This document shows positions 28,424-37,796 of a DNA stretch of 50,913 bases, in pieces. Origin of the DNA: Salmonella phage slyngel. The position numbers and the translations under genes were made by a program. Positions within the stretch are counted from its first letter, which is position 1. Each line of letters opens with the position of its first letter. The stretch lies in sequence record MT074433.1; one strand, written 5' to 3'. The notes beneath the pieces were generated by a model. The model was not told where the DNA came from. It worked only from the letters and a program-made list of their open reading frames with translations, and searched no databases.

Positions 28424-30619
28424 TTATTTATTGAGCAGTGCAGCAACAGCCGCCTTTAACTCGTCTATCTCCTTTTGCTGGTTTTCGATCATTCCCCCCA
28501 TGTAAACCATAGCGCAAGCCATATCAGCCATGATCACGTTGTTGTCAAGAGCAAGCGTATCATCTGCTTTGTCAACCACAATTTGACGATCTACATATTC
28601 TTCACCTTCATCATTAACGCCTATAACATCTGCAAAAATGTCCCCGCCAGGTATTAGCTTTACATATTCAGGATCTATTTTTAGCAGATCCTGAGCTATC
28701 ATCCCGAATCGCTGGATGTTGCTTCCATTGTATTTAAACATTGTCGGAAGCCACTGCATAACGCGATCATAGCTTTCTTTTCCATCTGTATAAATTATAT
28801 CGTGCTTTAAATCTCTGTCAGAGTTAGCTGCCTTTTGAAAAATGAAATTTCCACTTGATGACCATGTGGTTATATCGTTTGAGGCTGGCTGAAACTGGAA
28901 GTTACAGAAAAAATTACCATCACCACGAAGCCTTAACGAGCAAAAAGGCCATGCATTATTTCCTTGTGGAATAAGACCCCAAGTTGCGCGAATAGGATAG
29001 CCACCAGTGGACTGTGTTCCCCATGAAAGACCTGGCGCCCAACCACCGTCATTGTTAGCAACAATCTCACCCCAAACAAGAGCATTACCCCAATAATTTG
29101 GATCGTCCCACCCCATTTGTTGAGTTTTGCCAGTGTATTGAGCAGAATGCGTTCTGCCGTCAGGGTAAAACTTGTGCATATAGGACTGTATCCCTGCTTG
29201 ATACAATTCTATTCCAAAAGATTCAACGTGTGTGTCGCCTCTTCTGATTAAACCAGCGATAGCGTAATCGTCATACCAGTTGTAACGACTTACACCAGTC
29301 CATGTGTTGATTGGTGGATTCATAATTGAAAACAATTGCGACGCATTGCGTTCATTCCCATCTGCATAAATACCAGCCCCAGGAGCTAAGGAAATACTTT
29401 TCGCTCCTGAAAAAGTACCATTTTCATTAAACTGATAATACTGTGATGACCCATTATGAAATACTCCTATTGTATGCTTTCCTACGCCTACTTGAGTCTC
29501 AAAATAAGACTGAGAAGATCCAATATCTTCACCTTGTGTATTCTTTAGTTTTGAATGGTATATACCTGCGTTTGCAGTAGTTGCATTTTCCGTTTCGTTT
29601 TCAACATTAAGACTCAAAAACTTTGGTGCATGTTTTTCGCCAAGTCCTATATTGTTTCTGATGCCATTTGCGTCAATAGCTCCAGTGCCACCAGAAGAAA
29701 TAGCTAAAGGAACAGTTTCAAATGACCCAGACCCTGATACGTCCCTCTGGAAAACAAGAAGACCATCATCTCTGATAACAAGCCTATATTCTCTATTTCT
29801 AGAGTACAAGATAGTATGCACGTAGTCCTGAAAAAATGAATCAATGCTAAGCGTCCGGCGAGCTTCATCAATGTCAGAAAGACCTTTAAGGTTCTGATCC
29901 TTATGCACTAGATTTTCAGGATTTACCTGTTGCGCCCACTGGCGAGCTTCATCACGCGCAGTTTCAGCGCCAGCCTTTGCATTATTTGCCTCAACGGCAT
30001 GATTGCCAGCAGTATCGCGCGCCAGTTCAGCCTGATCGCGAGCATCAAAAGCCTCCTGTTTAATAGCTTCCGTTTCGATTATAGCTGAATCTTTAATCTG
30101 TTGCGTTTGCGCCTTGATTGCGTCAGTGTCTGATTTAATCTGGTTTGTTTCAGCAACAGCAGAATCCTTTATCTGTTGAGTGTTGTTTTTCAGTTGTTCA
30201 GTAGCAGCACGATCATTGGCCGTTTTCTCTGCATCACTTTTAACCTGATTAGCCAGATCTTGCAACTGTTTTAGGTCAAAGTTTTTGAAAAATTCAATAG
30301 CTTCCTCGATCTGAGTTTCTTTGCTTTGATAGTAACGCAGCGTTTCCGCAACATCTTGCGCCAGGCCATCAACAGTGATTGAGTCATGCAGCAAAATAAT
30401 GTAGTTGCTTCGCCCAATTTCAGCGCCGCCAGTTGTGATGGCGCGGATTTGTGTATCGCTGATAACTTCACTGATCACAGCCGCTTGGAATGGTGCATCA
30501 ATGAAAAAGATTGTTGCACCAGGACGAATGAGCGTTAGTTGCTCTCGCCATTTCGTTTCGTATCCAGTTATATAACCTTGAGCGTCCATTGACGCCTGTC
30601 CGGTTCTGTAAATTGCCAT
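28424..30619 (-). CDS. tail fibre/spike with C-terminal endosialidase-type chaperone domain
   Basis: AANSDRDLKHDIIYTDGKESYDRVMQWLPTMFKYNGSNIQRFGMIAQDLLKIDPEYV; start MAIYRTG with SD GGGAG. Confidence 0.88.
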   Translation of the reverse strand: MAIYRTGQASMDAQGYITGYETKWREQLTLIRPGATIFFIDAPFQAAVISEVISDTQIRAITTGGAEIGRSNYIILLHDSITVDGLAQDVAETLRYYQSKETQIEEAIEFFKNFDLKQLQDLANQVKSDAEKTANDRAATEQLKNNTQQIKDSAVAETNQIKSDTDAIKAQTQQIKDSAIIETEAIKQEAFDARDQAELARDTAGNHAVEANNAKAGAETARDEARQWAQQVNPENLVHKDQNLKGLSDIDEARRTLSIDSFFQDYVHTILYSRNREYRLVIRDDGLLVFQRDVSGSGSFETVPLAISSGGTGAIDANGIRNNIGLGEKHAPKFLSLNVENETENATTANAGIYHSKLKNTQGEDIGSSQSYFETQVGVGKHTIGVFHNGSSQYYQFNENGTFSGAKSISLAPGAGIYADGNERNASQLFSIMNPPINTWTGVSRYNWYDDYAIAGLIRRGDTHVESFGIELYQAGIQSYMHKFYPDGRTHSAQYTGKTQQMGWDDPNYWGNALVWGEIVANNDGGWAPGLSWGTQSTGGYPIRATWGLIPQGNNAWPFCSLRLRGDGNFFCNFQFQPASNDITTWSSSGNFIFQKAANSDRDLKHDIIYTDGKESYDRVMQWLPTMFKYNGSNIQRFGMIAQDLLKIDPEYVKLIPGGDIFADVIGVNDEGEEYVDRQIVVDKADDTLALDNNVIMADMACAMVYMGGMIENQQKEIDELKAAVAALLNK

Positions 30620-30676
30620 GCGTTTTCTCCCATGTTGCACGTTAATGTCAATGCAGATAATAGCATTTGATAAGGC

Positions 30677-30700
30677 AAAAAAAAACCCCGCAATGCGGGG
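30677..30700 (-). terminator. intrinsic terminator
   Basis: rc: CCCCGC-ATT-GCGGGG-T(9). Confidence 0.9.
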
Positions 30701-30718
30701 TAAAAGTAGCAGTGACAT

Positions 30719-31651
30719 TTAGAGAAGAGATTCAGGTTTGTAAACCTTCCTCTCTATCCCTTGCCTGTAATTATCATTAATCGGCATCATAATTTCAAGA
30801 CCTCTTTCCTCAGCAGCAATGATCGCGTCACGGTCTGTACTCTTACAGACAACTCGCATTCTTCTGTTGCCTTTATACCTGTAAGCTACAATCTCAATGT
30901 TAGTTGCATCAAAGCAGGCCCAAACCTCTTGACCAGTTGCAAGGTGAATATGTTGCGCATCAATCCAGTCAACGCAAAGATAGATCGTCTTATCTGTGCT
31001 TCCTGTTCTCACAATTGACCCGCGCGTGTAGTCCTTTGCGAGAAAAGACTTATTACCTTCTTCATCAATGAAAAGCACATTGCACATTTCATCATCAATT
31101 TCATCTGAATGTACCAGGTAACATGGGAGCGCGTGAATGTATCGACCATCTTTAACGCCGCATTCATAATGACCATCTTCAGGCGGGTATATTCCTTCAT
31201 ATGTGCTTAACGGCGTGCGATCAAATTTTAGTGTTTTTGACATAACGCGCTCGCAGCATTCATGGCTTGCCTGTTTCCCAAATGAATAACCAGAATCACG
31301 AGATACTCGCTTATTTGCCTTGATTCTATAGTCCTGCGGAACTTTTCCAAGAAAGCGGCCCAAAATATTGATCACTTCGCTGTAAGGTTCTCCGGTTAGT
31401 TTCATGATCCAACCAATTCCAGTATCATTACCGCACACGTTGCAGATCGCACCGCCATCGCCTTTTTTATCGCCAAGTTTATCCGTCCACCTGAAGCGAT
31501 CCTTTCCGCCGCAGTGGGGGCAAGATTGATGCTTGCCGTTAAAAACTTCATTTGGAAGACCGCAAATACTTTGTAGCGCCTCACGCCATAATCCCTGCAT
31601 ATATGGGAGAACATCTTCCTTTTGATAAACCATAAAGTTTTCGTTATTCAT
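30719..31651 (-). CDS. primase-like protein with zinc-ribbon and Toprim-like half
   Basis: HQSCPHCGGKDRFRWTDK...ICNVCG; VWACFDATNIEI..AYRY. Confidence 0.82.
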   Translation of the reverse strand: MNNENFMVYQKEDVLPYMQGLWREALQSICGLPNEVFNGKHQSCPHCGGKDRFRWTDKLGDKKGDGGAICNVCGNDTGIGWIMKLTGEPYSEVINILGRFLGKVPQDYRIKANKRVSRDSGYSFGKQASHECCERVMSKTLKFDRTPLSTYEGIYPPEDGHYECGVKDGRYIHALPCYLVHSDEIDDEMCNVLFIDEEGNKSFLAKDYTRGSIVRTGSTDKTIYLCVDWIDAQHIHLATGQEVWACFDATNIEIVAYRYKGNRRMRVVCKSTDRDAIIAAEERGLEIMMPINDNYRQGIERKVYKPESLL

Positions 31652-31664
31652 ATGCACCTCAAAC

Positions 31665-31700
31665 AAAAAAAGCCTGACAGATGATAACATCATGCCAGGC
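31665..31700 (-). terminator. intrinsic terminator
   Basis: rc: GCCTGGCATGATG...CATCTGTCAGGCTTTTTTT. Confidence 0.75.
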
Positions 31701-31707
31701 ATTGTTT

Positions 31708-32181
31708 TTAGCAATTAGTGCTTTCAGGTTTATACAGGAATCCGCCAGGTTCATAATCTGACATTCTTACCACTCGCAACATTTCACGCTTATCACATCT
31801 CTTTGTGAGCGGTTTGCCATTGGAATCAAATCGCAGATCTGGACGGCAGAATGACGCGCGATAGCCTTGACAACCATATTTCTTGTAATCGTTATGCACC
31901 TTTTGAGCGCCAGCGGCTGAAATCATACCGCGAACGCGCCACTGATTTACAGTTTGCTGGCTAACGTTAAGACGCTTTGCCATTGCTGACACGCTGCCGT
32001 AATACTCAATAAGAATGTCAAGCCGTGCTTTTAGTCCGGCGCGCACTTCATCTTTTAAAACATAGTATCCTGTAGGGCGCTTGCGCTTTTTCTTATCTTT
32101 ACCCCGTCGAGTTCCGTTATTGCCATTAATTGTGCGCTTGTCAATCTTGCCTGTTGATACTGCGATTCGCTGTTCTTTCAT
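31708..32181 (-). CDS. HTH DNA-binding protein (YdaS/Cro-like)
   Basis: GSVSAMAKRLNVSQQTVNQWRVRGMISAAGAQKV; basic N-terminus. Confidence 0.75.
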   Translation of the reverse strand: MKEQRIAVSTGKIDKRTINGNNGTRRGKDKKKRKRPTGYYVLKDEVRAGLKARLDILIEYYGSVSAMAKRLNVSQQTVNQWRVRGMISAAGAQKVHNDYKKYGCQGYRASFCRPDLRFDSNGKPLTKRCDKREMLRVVRMSDYEPGGFLYKPESTNC

Positions 32182-32194
32182 TATTCATTCTCCA

Positions 32195-32237
32195 ATAGCA
32201 TTTTTTGTTAAACGATGATTTAATGATTGTGTATTAT
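32195..32237 (+). promoter_or_regulatory. conserved phage promoter motif
   Basis: ATAGCATTTTTTGTTAAAC; TTGTTA-21 nt-TATTAT. Confidence 0.78.
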
Positions 32238-32270
32238 ACACGCCAAATGGCATTACTCAAAGGTTTTAGA

Positions 32271-34310
32271 ATGATTCCAAACATTGAAAAGCAAATATCA
32301 GCACTTGGTGAAGCGGTAATTAAATCCATTCAGGAGCGATTCACTGTTGGCGAGATTGTGCCTTACCCTTACCAGTGCGTTGCATACGCTGAGATCGCAA
32401 AGCGTATGAAAAATTATGAGCATCCATTCTTTGTTAAAGCGTCCGTATCGGCTGGCAAAACATTGATGTTTGCAATGGTTGCTCACCAGTGCCGGAAAAT
32501 GGGATTAAAAATGATGGTCCTTGCTCGCCAGGCTGAGATTGTGGATCAGGATTCTGAAGAGATAACAAATCTTGGCGTGCCGAACTCAATCTATTGTGCA
32601 GGACTGAAGACAAAAAGCGCATACTTTCCGATTGTTGTTGGTTCTGAGGGCACTGTAGTTAATGGGCTGTTTAAAGCGCTTGGCGACTATGTTCCGCACG
32701 TTATCGGGATTGACGAGTGTCACCAGGTGGATTGGGAAGGCCTTGCCGACGCCATAGAGAAAGACGAATCATTTTTACAAATGACAACGAAGAAAGGCGA
32801 AAAAGTACCAAATCCAGATTATGACATAACGAGCGATAACGAATGCGAAGAGTTCCTGATTGGTGAGGATGGCTTACCAATGGAGGGAACAGGCCGCACG
32901 CAATACACTGTCATTATCATGGAAATGATGCGACGTTGCAGGAAAGCATATGGTCATGAACTTCGCATCTTTGGTATGACTGGTTCGGAGTTTCGCGGAG
33001 TAGTCCCGATCCTGGTAGAAGACAAAAAACAGAAAGGATTCTGGCGTGAACAGGTTACTAATATTGACACCAACTACCTGATCAAATTCGGTTCTGTTGT
33101 GCCAACAAATTTTGGCGACGTTGGCGATCTAGGGTATGACCTTTCAGAGTTTGAGGCATCCAGCGAGGATGGCGTCGCAGACTTTGACGCTAAAACGCTT
33201 CGCAGGATGGAACAAAAAATTCATGAAGAAGCGACCATGACAAAGCGCATCATGGCGAAAGTTCACGAGATCTGTAAAAACCGTAACGGCGTACTTGTGA
33301 CATGTGCAGGAGAAAGGCATTGCAAAGAGGCAGCGGCGGCATTGCCACCTGGAACGACTTACAGGATCATTACTGGTAAGACTGGCGACAACCAGCGCAA
33401 GGAGTGGTTGAGGGAAGCATACGAAGGGAAGGTAAAATACATCTTCCAGGTTCAGGCGCTAACTACTGGCGTTAACGTGCCGTTTTGGGATACGTCTGTT
33501 ATTCTGCGTAAGATTGGATCGCTAACTTTGCTGATTCAGCTTTTAGGACGCGGAATGCGACTTCTTAAGAAATGGCATAAGGAACAAGGCTTCAAGAAAG
33601 ATGATCACCTGGTTATGGATTTTTCAGGAACGATGGACGAGTTAGGTGAGCTTTATTTTGATCCGATACTGGAACAGGCGCAACATCAGAAGCGATTCAG
33701 GAACGGTAAAGATCCGAAGCCTTGTCCTGTTTGCGGAACTCTTAATAGCTATTATGCTCGTCGTTGTATGCACGTAGACGAAAACGGCAACAGATGCGAG
33801 TGGTTCTTTAAATTCAGGACATGTGATGATCAGATTGACCCGCGCACTAAAAAGATTATTCAGCGCGGTTGTGGAACGAAAAATGATATTGCGGCCAGGG
33901 TATGCAGACATTGCGACATGTCATTGATTGACCCTAACGAGAAGTTAAGCGGAAAGCACTACACAAAAAACGACTGGTTTCAGGTGCAATCTTTCTCGGT
34001 TGACATGACGAAAAACCAGAAAGGGATAATATTTAATTATGAGCTTTCCGATGGCATAGACACTTTCAGGGCGAGAGAGATATTTTTCCCTGAATCTGAG
34101 AGCCAAATTTGCCGCGCAAAATGGCGAATCGTTGCTCTTAAGCACATACCAGATCGCCGTGTTGCTGGCATGGTGGCGAGCTATCGTAATGCACGTAAAA
34201 TCATGCAATATGTGAATCACATCATGCCACCATCGCGTGTAACTCACCGCAAGACTAGCAAGGGTGAAGATAATTTGTACAAGAAGGACTTTAATTATGG
34301 CAATGACTGA
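32271..34310 (+). CDS. DEAD/DEAH superfamily 2 helicase
   Basis: VKASVSAGKTLMFAMVAHQ, GIDECHQVDW (DECH), QALTTGVNVPFWDTSVIL, QLLGRGMRL; C-terminal Cys clusters. Confidence 0.9.
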   Translation: MIPNIEKQISALGEAVIKSIQERFTVGEIVPYPYQCVAYAEIAKRMKNYEHPFFVKASVSAGKTLMFAMVAHQCRKMGLKMMVLARQAEIVDQDSEEITNLGVPNSIYCAGLKTKSAYFPIVVGSEGTVVNGLFKALGDYVPHVIGIDECHQVDWEGLADAIEKDESFLQMTTKKGEKVPNPDYDITSDNECEEFLIGEDGLPMEGTGRTQYTVIIMEMMRRCRKAYGHELRIFGMTGSEFRGVVPILVEDKKQKGFWREQVTNIDTNYLIKFGSVVPTNFGDVGDLGYDLSEFEASSEDGVADFDAKTLRRMEQKIHEEATMTKRIMAKVHEICKNRNGVLVTCAGERHCKEAAAALPPGTTYRIITGKTGDNQRKEWLREAYEGKVKYIFQVQALTTGVNVPFWDTSVILRKIGSLTLLIQLLGRGMRLLKKWHKEQGFKKDDHLVMDFSGTMDELGELYFDPILEQAQHQKRFRNGKDPKPCPVCGTLNSYYARRCMHVDENGNRCEWFFKFRTCDDQIDPRTKKIIQRGCGTKNDIAARVCRHCDMSLIDPNEKLSGKHYTKNDWFQVQSFSVDMTKNQKGIIFNYELSDGIDTFRAREIFFPESESQICRAKWRIVALKHIPDRRVAGMVASYRNARKIMQYVNHIMPPSRVTHRKTSKGEDNLYKKDFNYGND

Positions 34311-34716
34311 TAAAGGCGATTATCTGGAGTTTTACGAAAGAGATCCGACGGATACGCTAAAAGAGGAATCACACCAGATCGGGGCGTTTCAATGGTTGAC
34401 TTATGCTTACCCTGAATTGCTGGCATGGCATACGAAAAACGAGGGCGACAAGGGGATCGCCACCGCAATGATGGATCAGCAAGCCGGACTCGTTAAGGGC
34501 GTAAGTGATTTTATCATCCTGATTGGATTAAAAGGCCGTTATCCGTTTGCAGCAATTGAGATGAAGCGCGTCAATAAGTCTGGAAAGGGTAAGGCTTCAC
34601 CAGTCAGTAAGGAGCAAAAAGCCTTCTTACGACGTGTGCGCGAGCTTGGCGGATTCGCTGCCGTAACATACGGATATAAGCAATTCATTATAGCTGTAGA
34701 ATACATGATGAAATAG
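34297..34716 (+). CDS. VRR-NUC domain nuclease
   Basis: GLVKGVSDFIILIGLKGRYPFAAIEMKR...SKEQKAFLRRVRELGGFAAV. Confidence 0.85.
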   Translation: MAMTDKGDYLEFYERDPTDTLKEESHQIGAFQWLTYAYPELLAWHTKNEGDKGIATAMMDQQAGLVKGVSDFIILIGLKGRYPFAAIEMKRVNKSGKGKASPVSKEQKAFLRRVRELGGFAAVTYGYKQFIIAVEYMMK

Positions 34717-34756
34717 CACTTTTTGTTAAAACAGGCGCGAAGGATTGCGCCATAAT
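34713..34756 (+). promoter_or_regulatory. conserved phage promoter motif
   Basis: ATAGCACTTTTTGTTAAAAC; TTGTTA-22 nt-CATAAT. Confidence 0.78.
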
Positions 34757-34790
34757 AACACCAGTTCAACAAGCAACAGGTAATTAAGAA

Positions 34791-35492
34791 ATGAGTAAAG
34801 AAACTGAAGTGACATTTGAACAAATAGAACGTGAAACATTCATTGGCAATGCTCTTGCTACTGGCGGTTATTACCAGGCTGTTAAACCAAATCAATATTT
34901 CAAAGTTACTGGCAACCGCTATAACGGCAGCAATACGCCGGACATTGTGCGCGATTTGTGGTCTACGCCGTCTGAGCTTGTCGCATGGATGGAAAGCGAA
35001 TACGGTGATTATGACATCGACGCGGCGGCAAGCAAAGAAAATGCTGTATGTGAAAAATTCTACAGCAAGGAAACAAATTGCTTAAAGCGTTGGTGGGGTA
35101 GTAATAAGCATATATGGCTGAATCCACCGTACAGCAATATTACTCCATTTGTTAAGAAGGCGATTGAACAAATGGAGCACAACAACCAGATCGACATTCT
35201 GTTACCTTGCGACACATCAACAGGATGGTTTTATGAAGCGCAGCAGCGCGCAGCGGAAATCATCTGGATCACTGGCGAAGTTTACCAGGAGGACGGAACA
35301 GAATATTCCCGCACAGGGCGCCTTGCGTTTACCTCTGCTCTTACAGGTAAACCAGTTCAGGGAAACAACAAAGGCAGCGTTATTTTCATCATGCGCGAAC
35401 TGAAAGAAGGTGAGCAGCAGAAAACTCGATACGTTAAAATCAGCGACATTTGCCCTTCGGTGGCAGACCGTCGCGCACGGAAACGGAGCTAA
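34791..35492 (+). CDS. dam: phage N6-adenine DNA methyltransferase (Dam-like)
   Basis: DLWSTPSELVAWMESEYGDYDIDAAA...WLNPPYSN motif. Confidence 0.88.
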   Translation: MSKETEVTFEQIERETFIGNALATGGYYQAVKPNQYFKVTGNRYNGSNTPDIVRDLWSTPSELVAWMESEYGDYDIDAAASKENAVCEKFYSKETNCLKRWWGSNKHIWLNPPYSNITPFVKKAIEQMEHNNQIDILLPCDTSTGWFYEAQQRAAEIIWITGEVYQEDGTEYSRTGRLAFTSALTGKPVQGNNKGSVIFIMRELKEGEQQKTRYVKISDICPSVADRRARKRS

Positions 35493-35496
35493 AACA

Positions 35497-35736
35497 ATGC
35501 AGAAAGAAAGAAGCGTTTATTTAAATGAAACTGGAGAGTGGTTGTTATTTCGCGCTATGGTTTGCGAGGCGCTTGATAAAAACGATTTCATAAAACCGCT
35601 ATTAGGTTGCGATCCGTGGGAATTTACAAGCGCGCTTGACATGAGCTTCGAGGAAACAAGAAAACTACCGCTTGAAAAATGGCATGAGCAGATCGGTAAA
35701 GACTTGCAAGAGTTTTACGAATCAGCATCAAAATAG
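35497..35736 (+). CDS. hypothetical protein
   Basis: ORF with SD ACGGAG. Confidence 0.65.
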   Translation: MQKERSVYLNETGEWLLFRAMVCEALDKNDFIKPLLGCDPWEFTSALDMSFEETRKLPLEKWHEQIGKDLQEFYESASK

Positions 35737-35776
35737 CACTTTTTGTTAAAACGCCCGGCCTTGTGTCGGGCATAAT
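35733..35776 (+). promoter_or_regulatory. conserved phage promoter motif
   Basis: ATAGCACTTTTTGTTAAAAC; TTGTTA-22 nt-CATAAT. Confidence 0.78.
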
Positions 35777-35808
35777 TATTTCATCAAAACGAACAAGAGG
35801 AAAACAAA

Positions 35809-35988
35809 ATGGTTGTTTACGATCCACGCGCTTTTAAAATTGCTCAAGAAGTTTCACGCGAATCTGTTGCTGGCGGTTCAGTTAACGGCTATCAGTTTGA
35901 TTGGTCGGCAGCAATGACCTTGCTTAAGGTTGCATATGGTCACGCGCCAATTGAAACAGCGGAGTCATATTATAAGCATGAAGGTTGA
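35809..35988 (+). CDS. 59-aa hypothetical protein (below ORF-track cutoff)
   Basis: ATG with SD AAGAGGA; translates MVVYDPRAFKIAQEVSRESVAGGSVNGYQFDWSAAMTLLKVAYGHAPIETAESYYKHEG*. Confidence 0.7.
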   Translation: MVVYDPRAFKIAQEVSRESVAGGSVNGYQFDWSAAMTLLKVAYGHAPIETAESYYKHEG

Positions 35989-36220
35989 ACAAGGTCGGCA
36001 GGCCGTATGGGATCACGCAAAGGAATGCGGGATCTCTGAAGACATAGCCAGGATAGCAAAATATTTTGATATTGCTGACATAAGCATTATAAGCGGCGAC
36101 AAAATGACATTTCTCAATGAACGACCGCGCAAGATGCATCGCGTACCTGCAATACCAACAAAGATTGATTTCAAAGAGGCTATGGCGAAAATTCGCGAGC
36201 CGCGCAAATACTACAAATGA
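35978..36220 (+). CDS. hypothetical protein
   Basis: ORF from MKVEQGRQAVWDHAKECG, overlaps preceding stop. Confidence 0.65.
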   Translation: MKVEQGRQAVWDHAKECGISEDIARIAKYFDIADISIISGDKMTFLNERPRKMHRVPAIPTKIDFKEAMAKIREPRKYYK

Positions 36221-36231
36221 GGATTATTATC

Positions 36232-36306
36232 ATGTGGCGTTTGTTACTTTTGCCCTTACCTGTTATGATGGCGATCTCTATTGTATATGTTGTCATAATG
36301 AGATAA
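36232..36306 (+). CDS. 24-aa membrane peptide
   Basis: MWRLLLLPLPVMMAISIVYVVIMR*. Confidence 0.4.
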   Translation: MWRLLLLPLPVMMAISIVYVVIMR

Positions 36307-36318
36307 GGAGAATTTTTG

Positions 36319-37434
36319 ATGAAGCAAATCAAAATCACAGATGAACAATTTATCAATGAGCGCAAGCAGGGAAAGACATATAAGCAGATAGCTAATGAGT
36401 ATGGTATGAACGTTCGCAGCATTGAGCGACGCGCGGCACGACTTGCAAAGCAAGGTAAAGTTACAACCATCGGATCACCTGGTTTTGGTGTTACTGGAGA
36501 ATCAAAGCTAATTGATAAAGATGGCAATGTTGTTATGACATGGATTAAGACAAGCAAGGACCGCGAACAGTTAGAAGAATTAATGCAGGCCGCTATGGAT
36601 GCATTTAGCGAAGAAGTTCCGCGACTTGATCCGCAACCAGAATCACAAAAGGATTATAGCGAGACGTTATCACTGTATCCGATCTTTGACATGCACTTGG
36701 GCGCAATGGCGCATAAGCATGAATGCGGAGAGAATTGGGATACAGCAACAGCAGAGCGCGTAATGAATAATTTCATTGATTATTCCATCCAGTGCGCGCC
36801 TGATAGCGAAAAAGCTGTTTTGCTGATTGGTGGCGATATGCTTCACAGTGACGGACTTGAAGCGGTTACACCTGCAAGCGGTCACGTATTGGATCAAGAT
36901 AGTCGATACGCAAAACTTGTTTATGTTGCCATCCGGTCAGTGCGTCGAGCAATCACAAAGCTGTTATCAAAACACAAAAACGTCGAGATTCAGATAATTG
37001 AAGGCAACCACGACCAAAGCGGCATGATCTGGTTGCGCGCAGCAATGGCGGCAGCATATGAGAATGAGCCGCGAGTGCATGTTGATGTATCTCCGCGAGT
37101 GGTTCATCACACACAATATGGCAAAACATTCCTGGCATACCATCATGGGCACACTATCCGCAAGCCTGAAACGTTGCTTATGATGTGCGCGGCAGACTGG
37201 CGCGAAGACTTCGGAAATTCAAAAATGATGTATGCTCACGTAGGGCACTGGCATCATCAGACAGTAACTGAAACAAGCCTGGGCATTGTTGAAGTGCATA
37301 GCACTATGGCGGCAAAAGATGCATATGCGGCTCGCGGTGGATGGCGTTCCCGTCGCCGTGCGGCTGTTATTGTTTACGATAAAGAATACGGAGAAGTGGG
37401 GCGATTTATGCATTATCCAGAAATGGCTGGTTGA
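36319..37434 (+). CDS. HTH plus calcineurin-like metallophosphoesterase
   Basis: KTYKQIANEYGMNVRSIERRA (HTH); IFDMHLG...GGDMLH...EGNHD...GHWHH motifs. Confidence 0.85.
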   Translation: MKQIKITDEQFINERKQGKTYKQIANEYGMNVRSIERRAARLAKQGKVTTIGSPGFGVTGESKLIDKDGNVVMTWIKTSKDREQLEELMQAAMDAFSEEVPRLDPQPESQKDYSETLSLYPIFDMHLGAMAHKHECGENWDTATAERVMNNFIDYSIQCAPDSEKAVLLIGGDMLHSDGLEAVTPASGHVLDQDSRYAKLVYVAIRSVRRAITKLLSKHKNVEIQIIEGNHDQSGMIWLRAAMAAAYENEPRVHVDVSPRVVHHTQYGKTFLAYHHGHTIRKPETLLMMCAADWREDFGNSKMMYAHVGHWHHQTVTETSLGIVEVHSTMAAKDAYAARGGWRSRRRAAVIVYDKEYGEVGRFMHYPEMAG

Positions 37435-37477
37435 ACTTTTAATCATTAAAATATAAATATAAATCATCAATTTAATT

Positions 37478-37507
37478 GGGCGAGGCATTTTGCTTCGCCC
37501 TTTTTTT
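37478..37507 (+). terminator. intrinsic terminator
   Basis: GGGCGAGGCA-TTT-TGCTTCGCCC-T(7). Confidence 0.9.
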
Positions 37508-37580
37508 ATTCCTTTTTGTGCGTTCAATGGTTAGGATACAGTCAATTAATTGTTGACTTTTATCTACAGGAGATCTAATC

Positions 37581-37796
37581 ATGAAAGATTTTTTAAACGC
37601 TGTAACTTCAGGCACTGGCGGCGCATCAATCACTGGCGCTGTAACTGGTCAAACAACTATTGCAATAGCCAGCTTGGTTTTGATGGCTGCATTTGGTATG
37701 TGGGGCGCTTATCTTCGTTGGCGTGATAGTAAGGCGCTACGTGACGCGCTTGAATGCGGTGATATTAAGAAAGCTATTGAGATCAGAGGTAAATAA
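37581..37796 (+). CDS. putative holin
   Basis: Small protein with a hydrophobic TM segment immediately upstream of the endolysin. Confidence 0.65.
   Translation: MKDFLNAVTSGTGGASITGAVTGQTTIAIASLVLMAAFGMWGAYLRWRDSKALRDALECGDIKKAIEIRGK

Noticed and set aside
37543-37552. CAATTAATTG palindrome before the holin gene as a late operator
   Set aside because: Short, AT-rich and close to chance expectation; no clear -10/-35 pair nearby.
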